A stretch of 64,000 nt of DNA from Azolla caroliniana. Lineage: Eukaryota > Plantae > Polypodiophyta. Location of the stretch: NCBI GenBank assembly GCA_043228905.1, contig JBHGNT010000016.1, forward strand, positions 620,001 to 684,000, in the 5' to 3' direction. The translations under genes and the position numbers were made by a program. The first letter of the stretch is position 1. Each line of letters opens with the position of its first letter. The notes beneath the pieces are model-generated. The model searched no databases. It was not told the DNA's origin and saw nothing but the letters and a program-made list of their open reading frames with translations. Shown here piece after piece: positions 34,301 to 49,000 of this stretch.

Positions 34301-37300
34301 AGAAATTACTAGTCTCCACCCGTTCATCCTCACAGTAGCTTGTTTTTTATTTTTATTGTGAAGCCCATGTACTTCACGACACAGAATGGGAGATCATCAC
34401 ATTTACACAAGCCTCAGATTGTGATACGGAGATGGAATGGCTATCTTGCAGAAGCAAACTTTTGTTGCATTAAGGTTTTTTAATGTCTTAATTTTACATT
34501 TGAAGATGGGCATTGAGATACCTTTATTCTTCTTCTTCTTCTTTCCAGAGAGCTCAGATTGTTCAGACTCTTCCTGGGCACAAAGATCTGGTAAACTGTG
34601 TTGAATGGCTGCCAAAAAATCAAGCTCATTCTGAAGGTAAACAATGAGAAATTGCTAATGGACTGCCGTTAACTTTAACTCACACTGCATACATATAATA
34701 GACAATAGTATCTCTGCACTAAAATCTACCTGGGAATTGCTCCACTCCCATACCTGACAGATATCCTTTTATGCGATTCTTTAGAAGGCTTTAGCTATAT
34801 ATTTTCACATCCTGCACATAATTGATGTATGCTTCGGAAAATTGCTCATGCTTCACTTGGAAATTCTTAGCAGATGGTGTCGGATCTGAGGCACAGTATC
34901 TTCTATCTGGAAGTGCTGATGGTATTACGATTCTGTGGCGTTATGATCAAAGGAAAAATAAGGTGAAGCTGTAATCTTCATAGTAAACTTTTGTCAGTAC
35001 CATTTTAGGTCCAACTTGCCTTTGCTTTCATTTGCAGTGGAGGAAAGAGATGCAGCTTCCTAATTCACATGAAAAGGCCGTTTCCTCTATTTCAGGGGTC
35101 ATGCTTTCCTCTCATGAAGCTGTTTTCGCAACAAGTTCTTCTGATTGCACCGTGCATCTGTGGAATATTATACTACCTTCAGAAGCCGAAGGTTTATTTT
35201 AGGACACTTCAGAAACTTTTTAATAGCTATTGTCCCGATCCAAAGAGTGTTAGTTATAGTCATAATCGTTACATCTTATCCTGTCCTTAGATGGATGCAA
35301 GCTACTTTTCCTTCAAAGCATTTCAACCGGATCCCGGGCTGTTGTAGCTGTCTCCCTAGCTCTACTTCCAACTGCTGCACATAACATTTTACTGGCTATG
35401 GGTGGGCTCGATAATAACATCCATCTATTTTGTGGGGCACGAAATGGCCAAGTACACTACCTCACCATGAAAACAAATCAAAATTTGTTATTTTATTCTT
35501 GATGTTTATGAATCCTCACGTTTACTTGCTCATTGCTTCCTTATTTCAATAGTTTGCACGTGCATGTGACTTAAAAGGTCACCAGGACTGGGTTCGGTCT
35601 TTGGACTTTTCACAAGCTGTAATGGATGGAGACAAGAAAGCCATTTATTTGGCAAGCTCTGGGCAAGATAAAAACATAAGGATATGGAAAGTTAGTCCTA
35701 AAATTCATGGTGATGAAACTGGGGCAAATGATGGATCAAAGGGCCAAAGTTTTAGCATAAAGATGTATATTGAGGGTCCTATTTTTAAAGTGGGATCTAA
35801 TCTGTGGCAAGCTTCTGTTGAGTCTGTGTTAATTGGTCATGATGATTGGGTCTACTCAGTCCAATGGCAACCACCTCAACTCGAATGGACAGAAAACTCT
35901 GCTGGATTGCAAGCAAAGATTGTGCAGCCAATGAGCATTTTGTCAGCTTCGATGGATAGAACAATGATGATCTGGAGACCTGATGTAACAGCTGATCTGT
36001 GGGTTAATGACGTGACTGTAGGAGAACTAGGGCACACTGCATTGGGATTTTATGGAGGCTCTTGGAGTCAATCTGGAGATGCCATCTTGGCTCATTCATT
36101 TGGTGGGTCATTCCACTTGTGGAAGAATGTTGGACAACAGATCTCCAATTGGCAGCCTCAACTTGTACCATCCGGACATTCCAATTCTGTTTCAGATGTC
36201 GCTTGGGCTAAAAGTGGGCATTTCCTGCTGTCAACGAGTCATGATCAGGTAGAACAGGTTCTTTTGTAGATGCTACTGCTGGTTCTCATAGAGTTGTTTA
36301 ATGCTCGCCCCTTCACCTTTTCACTTTTTGTTCTCTGGAGACTTGTTTTGATTTGATTAATTCTTGGATGCATAATTTCCTATTCTCTGAACTCAGCAAA
36401 TTCTTGCTTTAAATTATGAAATACTTCACACAGAGTTTATTTTGCAGACTACCCGTTTGTTTGCATCATGGGATTGGGGCAAGATGGAGGAGAAACAACA
36501 GAAATACTCATGGCATGAGATAGCACGGCCTCAAGTTCATGGGCATGATTTGAATTGCATTGCTGTGGTGAAGGGTGTGGGAAACCATCAGTTTGTAAGC
36601 GGGGCAGAAGAGAAAGTTGCAAGGGTTTTTGAAGCTCCAGCAGCTTTTCTCAAGTCCTTAGAAAATGTTGAAGGTTATATTGAGTACATCAGGGATGAAT
36701 CCTTTCAGGCAGATGACATCAAAGTTCTTGGAGCAAATATGTCTGCTCTTGGGTTGTCACAAAAACCAATCTATTCATCAGGTATTTATCTACCCTAAAT
36801 TTCAATCAGCTCTGAACATTTTCATTAAAAAAGAAAATTATTAGGATCCATTTTTTATTATGAGAAATGCTATATTTCTGGTGGAAGAATCATGATGAAG
36901 ATCCTATGCCAAATACTGATTCCCTCTGTCCTGTAAAATGAAAATGGATGTCAGTGTCTAGACGTTGGGATTGATTCTGATTTATTAAATAAAGCCATCC
37001 ACCATTCAGGTTATGTTCATAGTCAAACAAAAGATGGCTACATGATTACTTGGGTATGCCAGTCCAATCTGATTGATGCATCACCATGTTGATTCAGGAC
37101 GCATGGGCAAACAATGGACAAATTTACTGGCTGTCTTTGCCGATTCAGGAAAGTAAACTCTATAGGAAGTGTTACATTTCAAAGGATGTATTTACATGGT
37201 GTGCTTCTCCGTGACTTGATGCTTGGCTCTCTTCTCACTCAATTTCTGTTGAGGTTCTCACAATTTCAAATTCTCTTGCAAATTGTATTGGATTCATGAA

Positions 37301-39941
37301 CAAATTTACTGGTCATCTTTCCTGATTTAGGCAAACTTTACAGGACATAACTTTTGAAAATCTGTATTTTCATGGTGTGCCTCTGCCCAACTCAATTCCC
37401 GATTCTTTTCTTGCTACCGTCCTGTCAACGCCTGCACAATTTCAAATCTTCCTATTTCGATGTCCCTAGTGAGTTCTTGACATTTGTAACAACTTTCGTC
37501 GAGTTCTCTTCTGATAGATTGAGCTCACTTAACAATAATAGGATAAGAGCCTGGTAATTCAGAGTTCATGATTGTTAGTACCTACAAGAAAGACATGTGA
37601 GTTTTGCATAATTTTTCTCAAATAATTTTACCTTGGAGCTGGGACACTCTAGTACATAACTATAATTATCGGGCAGGACTCCTGGAACTTCTAAACTAAT
37701 GGCATCGAAGACCTACGAAATAATGCTTGGGGCTATTAATAAATTATTCAAATAGAATTGCTTTGGCCTGGACAGTCTAACACTTACCTAGTCACATGGA
37801 TGTGGTTGGAGAATGATATAAGAAAGGAAACACGTGGAATGCAGGATATATAAAATGCATGTTGTACATCTTTTACTCATACATGCCGAACTGCATACAA
37901 GCTACTACCTCTATTGAAAGTTGGAGGGCAGACTTTTGGTTACAGCCCAGGCCAGATCCCTATATTCATTTAATCTACTCGCAAGCCATCATGCCATCAG
38001 CCCCTGCTTCCCTTGTGCTCGGTCCAATGGACAGTGGGCTAAAATCGCCGTGGCATGAAAAGACCACTCTATTTTGGGGACTCGATTTTAAACCATGGGT
38101 GACTGAAGATGGTCCTCACAGTCCTGGGCCTACATTTCATGCATGGTCATGTTTCAATCAGAACATCCATTCATCCTTGAGAATAGTCAGGGTGGAAAAG
38201 AACATCAGCCAAAAGCATATAAAATTATGTTTGTCCAACAAGAAGACGTTTCATATTTTGGAAGATGCACTCACATTCAGTGGAGAAGAAGCAAATGTTT
38301 CTATTTTCTTCTACATCTGGTCATCATGTTATCAAGATGATATAGGAGCCCAATACACCTTTTCACCAGTGAAAAGGTTAAAACATGAGGGGTTTTCCAG
38401 TGTAGTGTTAAAATCGATATCCTACACATAGGTCTATTAACATATGTATTGGAAACTCAACTCCTAGAAGCCCCTATGGTTTTTTGTCCCATTGAGCTTA
38501 AATACTGGATACACCTTGCATAATTACATATTACAGGGTTTTGAAGGGTTTGGGGTATATGAATTGCAGAATACAGTTTGAACTTTCAACGTAGGTTAAA
38601 TGATGCTAACCAACCTCATCTTGCTGTGATGGGAGAATTAAGCTTGGTGAGATATGGAAACAGCCAGTTCTAATTTTTTGATTACTTAGTTTCTTGCATC
38701 TCCCCATATCCATAGCTTGGAGATTTTGTTTCTGTATTTTCACTCTCTGTAACGGACTTTGTCTCTTCAGATATGTTCACATTCTAAATTCGCTTTTCTG
38801 TGCAGGAGAACCAAGTGCCAAAGGAGTAGTGAGTTCAGATGCTGAGAGCATAGAAACTATTCCAGATGCATCACCAATGGTGCTAACGAAACCACCTATT
38901 GAGGAACATCTTGGTTGGAATACTCTTTGGCCAGAGACACATAAATTGTACGGTCATGGGAATGAGCTCTTTTCAATGTGTTCTGACCACCATGGTCGTC
39001 TTCTAGCTACAGCTTGCAAGGTATATTTCAAGAGTTAAAATTTTATGGTTTAGTATTAGCATGGAATAAGATTTTGTGAACAGTCTCAAATGTAAGCATG
39101 TAATGCATTTCTTTGCAGGCACAATCATCAAATGCTGCAGAGATATGGCTTTGGCAAATAGGTTCATGGAAAGCTGTTGGACAACTATGTTCGCACACAC
39201 TCACGGTGACACAAATGGAGTTTTCACACAATGACAAGTTCCTATTGTCAGTATCAAGGGATCGCAATTTCTCAATCTTCAGAATCAAAGGCTGTAAGGA
39301 AAATGAATGGATGCCTTCTGGCAGTATGTCCTTGTCTGTGATTAACCATTCATCTAAATGTTCTGACATAAACAGCATCATGTGTGTGTGTTTGCTTGTT
39401 CATAGACGAAGATGCAGAGCTAGTTTATGAATTTCTTTACAAGGTAGAGGCACATAAGCGCATCATTTGGACATGCTCCTGGAGTCCCTGCGACAAGTTC
39501 TTTGCAACAGGTTCAAGAGATAAGAGTGTGAAAATATGGGCTATACAAGATGATGCAGGTGATTACAAAGACAAGCCAATTGAGATTTTGCCCTTGTTCA
39601 AAACGAGTGTGACAGCAGTAGCATGGTCACCACACAGACTTGTCAATGCATATATGGTTGCTGTAGGAATGGAAGATGGTTGTCTAGAAATCTGGAAAGC
39701 TGAACCTATTTTCACAAGGAATACGGGAAAAATAGAGAGATTCAAGAGTTGTGTACTTATTCAATTAAATGCATTCTCATGCCATGTTGCAAGTGTCAAT
39801 CGTCTAGCTTGGAATGCGAAGCCAAACTGCCACCGATATGCCTATGATGAGGAAGCAGTGGAATACATGGAGCTTGCTTCTTGTGGAGCAGACCATGCTG
39901 TGAGGTTGTTCAGTTTTAAATCTTTAGGTCTGACTACATGA
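31386..39941 (+). CDS. ELP2: Elongator complex protein 2 (WD40 repeat protein), 10 exons
   Basis: GT-AG exons 31386-31511, 34549-34636, 34874-34962, 35038-35191, 35291-35451, 35553-36248, 36448-36781, 38806-39020, 39119-39293, 39406-39941. ELP2 motifs VFISCGCNR, LIGHDDWVYSV, LSASMDRTMMIW, EIARPQVHGHDLNC, SALGLSQKP, TLWPETHKLYGHGNE. Confidence 0.95.
33600..34400 (-). mobile_element. Decayed Gypsy integrase remnant in ELP2 intron 1
   Basis: WWWRQRMYKDMMQLVDSCVMCQK resembles the integrase HHCC region; heavily degraded. Confidence 0.55.
37600..38450 (+). mobile_element. Possible LINE 3' remnant in ELP2 intron 7
   Basis: Weak zf-RVT-like segment (LC...KTFHILE) in a degraded ORF. Confidence 0.3.
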
Positions 39942-41434
39942 GATTAGTTTCTGATAGCTTGGTAAATAATTCTTTTTATTAGTATCATTATTTTATTTTG
40001 GAGGATTTTGAATAATATCAATCTTAATTTACTTCATTAGTGACCAGAGAAATTACAGTAGGCACTTAAAATCAGTCTTTTTTGTTTGTGTAATAGATAA
40101 AAAAATTATCCAGATATTTTATTCTCTTTTCCTTTTCACTGTTGTTCCTGTCCAATATGCTTTTTGGATATGAGGAACGTTTTGGACATTTAGGTATCAA
40201 TCTGGATACTAGATGTCCATACCAATTAATCCCACAAATTGATGGTTCTTGTGGAGTAAACAGTGGCGTCATGTTACTCTGGTTGCAAATCTTCAACTGT
40301 TACAATCTCATTTTCTAGTTTTAAATCTCTCTCTCTCTCTATCTTTCTCTCATATTTTTGCAAGTTTCTGACATTTTTATCACATTTAGGATGTGTTATT
40401 AGAAATCTTTTTCATTTGCGTCAAGTAACAACAGAAATTTCATAAGAACTTTTATTTGCTTTTTTTTTCTCATCATGTTTTTTTCTAGTATGCGTCTTGG
40501 GTATTTGGAGCCTCAGGACATTTGCTCATATAGGTAGAATCAATTTAGATACAAAATGTTCATACAAAGGCAAGCCCAAATGAATGTGATTTGTGATTTT
40601 CAAGGATTGTGGTTGTGATACTGTAATGCAAAGGGCTTTCAGATCAAATTTAGTTTATTTGTTAAAGCCTGTGTTATCAAGTTATTGGGCACTTTGAGAT
40701 AGCATTTTTTTTCTCTGAAGATTATGGATGATGGTTTAATTCTACACGTAGGTCGGATGTCCTGATGGTAGGAAAGAAATTATTATTTGATGATAACATG
40801 CCTTCGGAAATGTATACTGGTGGTGCTATTAATTTATTAAGAGTTTCTGAGTAGCTCACATAATAAAACAAAATGTAGGTAGTATAAGACTAGACACATT
40901 GGATGAATCAACATAAATCATATTAAAGAATCTGCTATTTCAGACTTATGAAGATGTCATCAACATAAATTTGGCATGTAGATGATCCCATCAGTCTAAA
41001 TTGCAAATATCTAAATGTGTGTTGCAAACTAGTAAACAAAAGAAAATGATCAAGATTTAACATAGGCGAGCCATAAATTTGAGTCATAAAATTTAAGGAT
41101 GTGAACCTTTACACAAAATGATTACTACTGTGCATGCAAATTTGCGAAGTGTTTTCATTCGAACTTTCTTGTTTCATAAACTAACATCTAGATATATATC
41201 TAGAAGCAACGAGGTGACTCTCTTGATAACATAGATCATAGGGTACATGTAGATTTCCTTAGAAATATCTTGATCCACTACTTGTGGTGAAACCGACAAG
41301 ATATATATCCTGGTGTAGTATGCATGCCCTTGGATTGGACTATTGAGCTGCATAATAATCTATACTGGAAGTAGAAACTTATAAGAGGTACAGTCATAAT
41401 GTACATCCTCCGTGCCAAGAGAAAGTTCTAGGGG

Positions 41435-44400
41435 TTAGGTGCTTCCAATGAGGGGTTGGGACATTTTGGTGTATTGATCTTCAAGGGGGTGCTGGACCTC
41501 AAGAAGAAGAGCTACCACATCCTTCATGGTGGGTCTCTCTCCAGGGTTAGGGTTAACACAGAGCAGAGCAATGCCTAGCACTTGTTCCATCTCTTGAATG
41601 AGGGGGTCAGCAAGACCTCTCAACCTTGAATCCAAGATTTCGATGCTGGGTTGATGATGAGACCTTTTCATCATCTTCACCCAATCCACAATATGAACTC
41701 CAGGACCATCATTGTACCCAGCATCCACCTCCACTGCTCGTCTCCCGGTCAATACTTCCAATGCTACGACCCCGTAGCTGTACACGTCGCTCTTCTCGGT
41801 TATCTTCAAAGTGTATCCGTATTCTGTTATAGTAACGTTCACAATTATAAAAAGAGATGTTTTTGAAGTATGTAACTAACATCAAAGAAGAAAGGTAAAC
41901 CCTACTATATGCCTTACCTGGAGCAATGTAGCCATACGATCCAGCCACTTTGGACATAGCTTCCGGATACTTGTCTGACCCCTCAATCAATTTCGCAAGC
42001 CCGAAGTCAGCTAGAAATGGCTGATACTTGGAGTCCAAAAGGATGTTGTTGGGCTTGACATCCCTGTGTAGAATTGCAGGGACACAATCATGGTGTAGAT
42101 AAGAAAGGCCTTGTGCAGCCCCGACTAGGATCTTATACCGCATGTCCCAGTCCAGAGGCAATGTTGATCTTGCAGGCTTCCTCTCGAACAAGAGGTCGGC
42201 GAGGCTGCCGTTGGGCATGTAATCATAGAGGAGCAGTTTATCGTCATGGTTTGTGCAATAACCAAGAAGCCGGACAATGTTCCGATGTCGGATGTGGCCC
42301 AGCGTCTCAATCTCGGATGCAAACGAATCATGCATCCCCTGCTGATCTTCCTTCCTCGATGGTACATAAAAGAGCTTCTTCACAGCGACTACATCCCCGC
42401 ATGGCATCTCCGCTTTGTAGACTATGCCAGAGCAACCTTTGCCGATGATGTTACTGTCATTCAACTTCTCCAGCACATCTTCCACGCAAAAATTAAGCTT
42501 CCGGAAGTGCGTGAAGTTCCACTCCCATGGTTCCCCATGAACAATGTCCTCATCCTGGGCAGGTGCAGTTGGTTTTTGCATCTTGAACACAAAGCAAAAC
42601 CCTATCAAGAACAGGAAACCAGCCGCACCGAAAGTCATGAGACATATGATGAGTGATGTGGCTCCCCATGATTTCGAATATGGTCTCTGGCTTTCACATG
42701 TACCACCAAAGGAGAGAGGGTTGCAGAGGCCCGGGTTCCGAGCGAACGCGCTAGATGGGAGAGTTCTAAAAAATGGAGTGTCAGGAAGAGCACCAGTGAA
42801 CCCGTTGTAGGATACGTTGAGTGCAGTGAGGCTATCCAACATGCCGAGTACTTTTAGGGTTCCAGTGAACCCATTATGTGAGAGGTCGAGGGATTGAAGT
42901 TGGGCTAACCCAGCTAATTCGATGGGTAGATCACCGCCGAGATCATTCCAGCTGAGGTCAAGAGAGATCTCTAGGCTGCTGATGGTGCCAAGTTCCGGAG
43001 GTATGGTGCCAACGAGTTGGTTGTGGCTCAAATCGAGCAATGCCAGCTTTGAACATTTCTTGAGGTCAGCAGGTATTGTGCCCGTGAGCTGGTTATGGCT
43101 CAGGATGAGCTTGTTTAGCATACCTAACATTCCGGTTTGATCTGGAATGGGGCCAGAGAAACTGTTGTAGGAGAGGTCCAGGAGCTGCAAGTTTATGAGG
43201 CGAGAGCCGAGTTCAGGCGGGAAATGGCCGGTGAAAGTGTTGGCATGCAAGTCTAGCAACTGCAGAGGGGTGATGTTGGTGATGTCAACAGGGAGAGTTC
43301 CCGTAAACCCGTTGGAGTTAACATCCAAGAATGTGAGGTTTTTGAGACGGCCGAGGTCGTTGGGCAGATCCCCCACTAGGTGGTTGCCGCCCAGGCGAAG
43401 ACGCTGCAAAGAGCTGCAATTCCCCACCTCCTTGGGCAGCTCTCCTGTGAGGTTGTTGGAGAGGAGGAGGAGCTTCTGCAGGTTCTGGAGGCTGAAGATC
43501 TCCTTGGGGATGGGGCCCTGCAGCATGTTATGGGACAAGTCCAAGACTTGGAGCTGGGTGAGGTCACCTAGAGCGCGGGGGATGGGACCCGATAGGCTGT
43601 TTTCCCACATGTACAAGATCTCGAGGCTAGAGAGCTGCCCCAACGAGGAAGGGATGGCACCCGAGAGACTGTTCTTATCGAATTGCATGTCTGTAAGACC
43701 GATACAGTTGCCGACTTCATGAGGGATGCTGCCATTGAGACTGTTGTCGCTGAGATAGAGCTGCTGGAGAGATGTGAGGTTTCCCATCTCAGTAGGGATG
43801 GGGCCGGACAGCAAGTTCCAAGAAAGGTCGAGGATGAGCAAAGAACTGCAACTTCCGATGGTAGGGGGTATGGTTCCGGTGAGCTCATTGCCCCAGAGAA
43901 GCAAGGATTCAAGTTGTGTCAGCCGACCGAGCTCCAATGGAATGCTCCCTTGGAGCTGGTTCATGTGGAGGTAGAGATACTGCAGTTTTGTGCAGTTGCC
44001 CAATTCATGAGGGATGACTCCGGAGAGCTTGGTATTGTAGAGCGAGAGTACGCGAAGATTGGAAAGGGCTCCAATGCTGGAAGGAATGGAGCCAGATAAG
44101 GCAGTATCAGCGATCCCTAGGAAGGTGAGGTTGTGGCAATTGGATAAGGAAGCGGTTAGCTCCCCGGACAAACCGAGGTTACCACCCAATCGGATGGATT
44201 GCAAGCTCGTAAGCTGACCGAGGAGGAGAGGTGGAATAGGACCGGTGAGGTTGTTGTCCTGCAGATGGAGGCTGAGGAGGGAGGGGCCGAGGGAGGAGAG
44301 CTGCGGTGGGATTGTCCCACTCAGAGAGTTGGAGGAGAGGAAGAGGTGTTGAAGGGAGGAGAGTCTGGAGAGTTGTGGGGGGAGGGGCCCTGAGAGGAGG

Positions 44401-44816
44401 TTGGAGCTGAGGTCCAGCACCTCCAGATGGGATGCATTGCCGAGCTCCGGTGGGATAGGCCCAGTGAGGTTGCAGGAGGAGAGGTTGAGGATGCGCAGCT
44501 CCGACAGCTGCGGGCTGCCCACCTCAGGGGGTATGAATGTGTGAAGGAAGGTACCAGCGAGGGACACTGCCACTACACGCGAATCCGACGCGCGGCACGA
44601 CACTCCATGCCACGAGCAAGGGTTGGGATCTGCGGCATTCCAAGATGGTATCAGCCGGCCACCGGCGAGGGCAAGCAGGGCAGTACCGTCAGGAGACAGG
44701 GCATTAGCACTCTCCTCCTGCTGGAGACTTATTATTATTATTATTTGGAGGACTACTAATAGCATCAGATTCATCCAAGCATAGCAGCAGCACCGCTTCT
44801 TCATCATCATCATCAT
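41435..44816 (-). CDS. LRR receptor-like kinase, subfamily XI, RGI (RGF receptor)-like; 2 exons (44816-41918, 41823-41435)
   Basis: Signal peptide, N-cap PCSWHGVSC, >20 plant LRRs with RxGG (SIRLGGN) and RxR (QRLRL) motifs, TM helix, kinase (GKGCSG, HRDVKPNN, DFG, GSYGYIAPE). 94-bp intron at APE. Confidence 0.95.
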
Positions 44817-45681
44817 CTGTATAAGCTGATGAAGATGATGACAGAGCTCTGCATAAGCTGCACACCTACCTACCCTACCACACCGAGTCTATCTAGTTAG
44901 TAGCGGCATTGGTGATAGTAGAATCCTCCTCCACCTCCCCTTGCAGTACACTATACATATACATAACTACTCATCACCCGAAACTCTCTGCTTGTAATGT
45001 GCTTGCTTACTTCCGCGTTTTACCTGTCAATATGTATTCTCTCGCTCATCCACGTGAATTATATATGCGCACGGACTTTCTTCTTAAAAAAAACACTACC
45101 TCACCCCCCCCACATGAGGCTCTCAATCTACTTAGTATCTGATTGATCCCAGGAATACGTATCAGCCAATTATAGGATTCAGTTCTTTTCAGCTTCTGAT
45201 GGATGGATGGATAGATTCTATTTACTCTACAGTTGCCCGAGTAACACTGCAGATAGTACGTCCATGTGACATAACAAACGTATCGGACGTTAATTCTATA
45301 TTCTTCTCCAATTCCGGGTAATAATTATGCAATAACTATATATATATATATATATATTAACCCCAACTACAAGTTACTGGACGATTGCAGGATCCTATAT
45401 ATATATGTATGTATGAGTAATGCTGCTTCTGTACTAATTATATATAACTAACTGAATCCTTCATAGGTAGGTAAGCAGGTAGCTGCAACGAGTGAACTTA
45501 CTATGTATGTTGACTGTCGCAAGCGCTTCGGATGAGCTGAACGAACAAGTAATAAGTCTACTACGGTGTATCTACCACAGACGACTCAGGAGGTGTGGTC
45601 TCCCTAGAGAAACAAACTATATAACTCACTGACCCACCGCGACAATCAACAGAGCAGAATGATAGAGACGTCACTTATGCA

Positions 45682-45714
<33 letters not shown>

Positions 45715-45848
45715 CCATATATATGTAGGGTAAAAGGGAGAGAAAGAAAGAAAGAAAGATATATTAACCGTCTTCTAAGGCCAAAATTGAGACAAATGGT
45801 TTACAACAAAAAATGGGATATTTACCCATTCATCGAAGAGAGAGCTAA

Positions 45849-45850
<2 letters not shown>

Positions 45851-45881
<31 letters not shown>
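45851..45881. repeat. (TG)n microsatellite; (TA)n, (CATA)n and (CT)n tracts also lie in the RLK upstream region
   Basis: Simple repeats at ~45337-45357, 45680-45710, 45851-45881, 46056-46083. Confidence 0.9.
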
Positions 45882-45885
<4 letters not shown>

Positions 45886-46055
45886 TTTGATATGAATGAA
45901 TGACCATATGGGTTTGGGGGGGCTAAGACTCAAGAGTGTAAGTAAGTATGTAAAAATAAGTACGTATGTATAATGTATGTTGGACACATGTGGACGGATG
46001 GATGCGGGCGAGACAGGGGAAAAGGTTTTGTGGCATTTCAATCAGATCTTCTACA

Positions 46056-46087
<32 letters not shown>

Positions 46088-49000
46088 CTCATTGGAGGCA
46101 GGCAGGCATCTTCTTTATCATCCGTCCGCCCCGTCATCCCGTGGTTCCATGAGAGACGTGTCGCGTGGGCCCTCCCTTGCTTCCCAATGGTCGTCATGTT
46201 CTCTTTTGTTTACTAGCAAATAATGTTCTGTTCATTGTGTATTTAGCTTTAGATAGACATACATATTGACAACAGGACATCCTCTCCCTCCTCCATGTGC
46301 ATGCACACACACCCCCACGCACCCAATCTCCCCCTCTCTCTCTCTCCCCCCCCTCTTACTTTATTTTATTTCCTCTCTTTTTGAAAGTATTCTCGTTTTG
46401 CTCAATCTTTATAGAGCCTCGAGGCTCCAAGGCATTCTCTCAAACGTAAAAATCTCTCTCTCTCTCTTTCTCTCTCTCGATCTTGAGCTTCCCTGCTTAA
46501 AACCCTTCCTTGATTACTATGCCTCATCATTAGCACTTAAATTTATGCTGTCTTTTAAGTATTCCCATGCAATCTTCATGCTCCCAATTACTCTTTCCCA
46601 GACCTAACTTCACAAATCCTCGTCCTAGGATTTAGAACATCAACAATGAAATGAAAACTGAATGATTAGGATAGCCTCCTCTTTGTGTCCCCATGATCCA
46701 TCCACTCCATCTCACTGCTCTACACTACGGATAATATATATATATATATATATAGCCCTTTATCTTTTGTAATGACTACTAGTAAGTAGTAAGGGATTGA
46801 TTAGTAACATTATATCCCCAGGGTCGTGCTTGCATCATTCCTCCATCTTGTATCTCAGTCCTGAATTAACATCAATAACATCTAATTGAGACTCAATCAA
46901 AATTTTAAGCGTGAAAACCATTCTTTTTTTGCCTTCCTTGGAGTCTGCATCATCACCCCTAATTTCTAAATAGCAATGGTATGCAGATTTTGGGCAACGA
47001 CATTCATAAAGCAAACAAGCATGTTGTATATGTGATCAATCTCTTCAAAGCTTATGATGAGCGATATTGTTGAGGATTAACAATCGAAAGAAATTGATGG
47101 CTACTTCGAAGTATGTGACATGTAGGTGAGAACATGTGCACAGTCCTACATAAATATAAAACAATTCCAAACTCCAAGGAATCAATGTGCATGCACATTG
47201 TATTCGTATGCACATGTACTTGTTTGTTCACCTTCTCATTGGAAAGTAGTTTATTAATTATCGAATCAAAGTTCATACGTAATACATACGTATTGGCAAA
47301 GAGCGCAATGTCATATAGAATAGTGAATATGTAGGTAGCAAAGAAACTTAGAGTAGGCAATTCTAACATCAATGAATTACTAAAGTAAGTTAATGAGCTA
47401 ATTTAGTATTATTCACCTTCATTATGCATATTGTGGAACATCTTGGATATTGTTTAGAAAACCATGATCCATCCAAATCAATAAGGTATACTTTAAAGAG
47501 GTAAGACGCATTTCGTGGGGCTATGAAGATGTGCACATGTCTGAGCATGAAACTTAGACATGGGGTGTACCGTGTGATTAGGGGGACTATATCTTTCAAT
47601 TCATATAGGCACTAACAATGACTCTTCTTGTTGGCATTCAATCTAGAGGACTAGGGATCTCAAGATCTAAATTCAAATCCTGTACCAACCACCTTCATTA
47701 ATGAGTGTATGGTGTTCTCGATTATCTTACAAACTAATGGGGTCTTTGATCACATTCAAATATTCGTTCCCACTTCTTAAGATGCGACCCTATCTCATAA
47801 CATTACATTTGTCTACTCCATTTACTATACATACATACATACATACATATAATGTCATGACTCATAACAACACACTCTTGCATCTTGCCAAACATTAAGC
47901 CAAGGGACTTTTTCCATTCTTTCATAAATGTTCCAAATCCTACTCACACTCATTAAACTGTGTAAATCTTCCATCATCATAAGATGACTACTTGCTCCAA
48001 ACTCCAAATCCTCTTTCACGAAGCTATATAGATATTATTTTATGACCCACTCTTTCAAAAAAAGAAATCAAAATTCAAAGGTTTAAATTAAGCCCACAAT
48101 GATGTTGACAATTAAAAAATGTTCCTTTTAGGTAGCAATTGAGTGAGAGGTGAAAATAATTTCAATTTCTCCATAAAGAATAATTTTGAGGTGAAAATAA
48201 TATTGAGCTCTTGCTTGAATGCTAGAAAAAACAAGGTTGTTCAAACCCAAAACACATTATCCCTAGATATCAACACGACAACTAATCCAATAAGCCCCTT
48301 ACACATGTAAAGTGCCAAGTGGACATGGTAGCCACGTTGTCAATTGTTTAACATGGTGACAAATCACCACTTTAACATGTCCGCAACACTCATTCTCCAA
48401 ATTCACATTCCCTCAAAATAACGAGACATGGAGGCAATGTTGTGGCATTTGCTTTCAAAGGCACATGGGCTTAGTAAAAAAATGAAACTTGTACCCCATT
48501 TTCCTTACCAATTTAGAAAAGAATGCCCTTCCTTGCTTGATCATGACAACCCTACCACGAGGGACTCACGCCACTTTCTTTGGGCAAATGATCATGCTCA
48601 CCCATCTTCTTCACACTTTCTTTACTTCATAATTTCATAACTTTTTCATTTTATTTGGTTATGCTATGTTTTTTTTTAGTTGTTTATGCCATGCAATTGC
48701 CCACAAGTACAAGAGTCCATGTTCACACACGAGTATATTACACTTTTGCAAGTTCCTCCACTTACTTAACAGTGCTTCTTTTCTCAAACTCTGGATCCAA
48801 TGCAACATTGGATTAAAGATACGCAAACCCACTCTGGTTCACCTTGAAACTAGACAAACCTTGTGCTTGATATCGTAACTTGTAAAAATTGGAGAAGCTT
48901 CTTATATTTTATGGAAAATCTAATATTTTTTTATGGCTCTACAAATCCAAGTAAGGCGATTGCCCTCTCCCACTATAAGGTTTCATGAAAAAAACATTTA

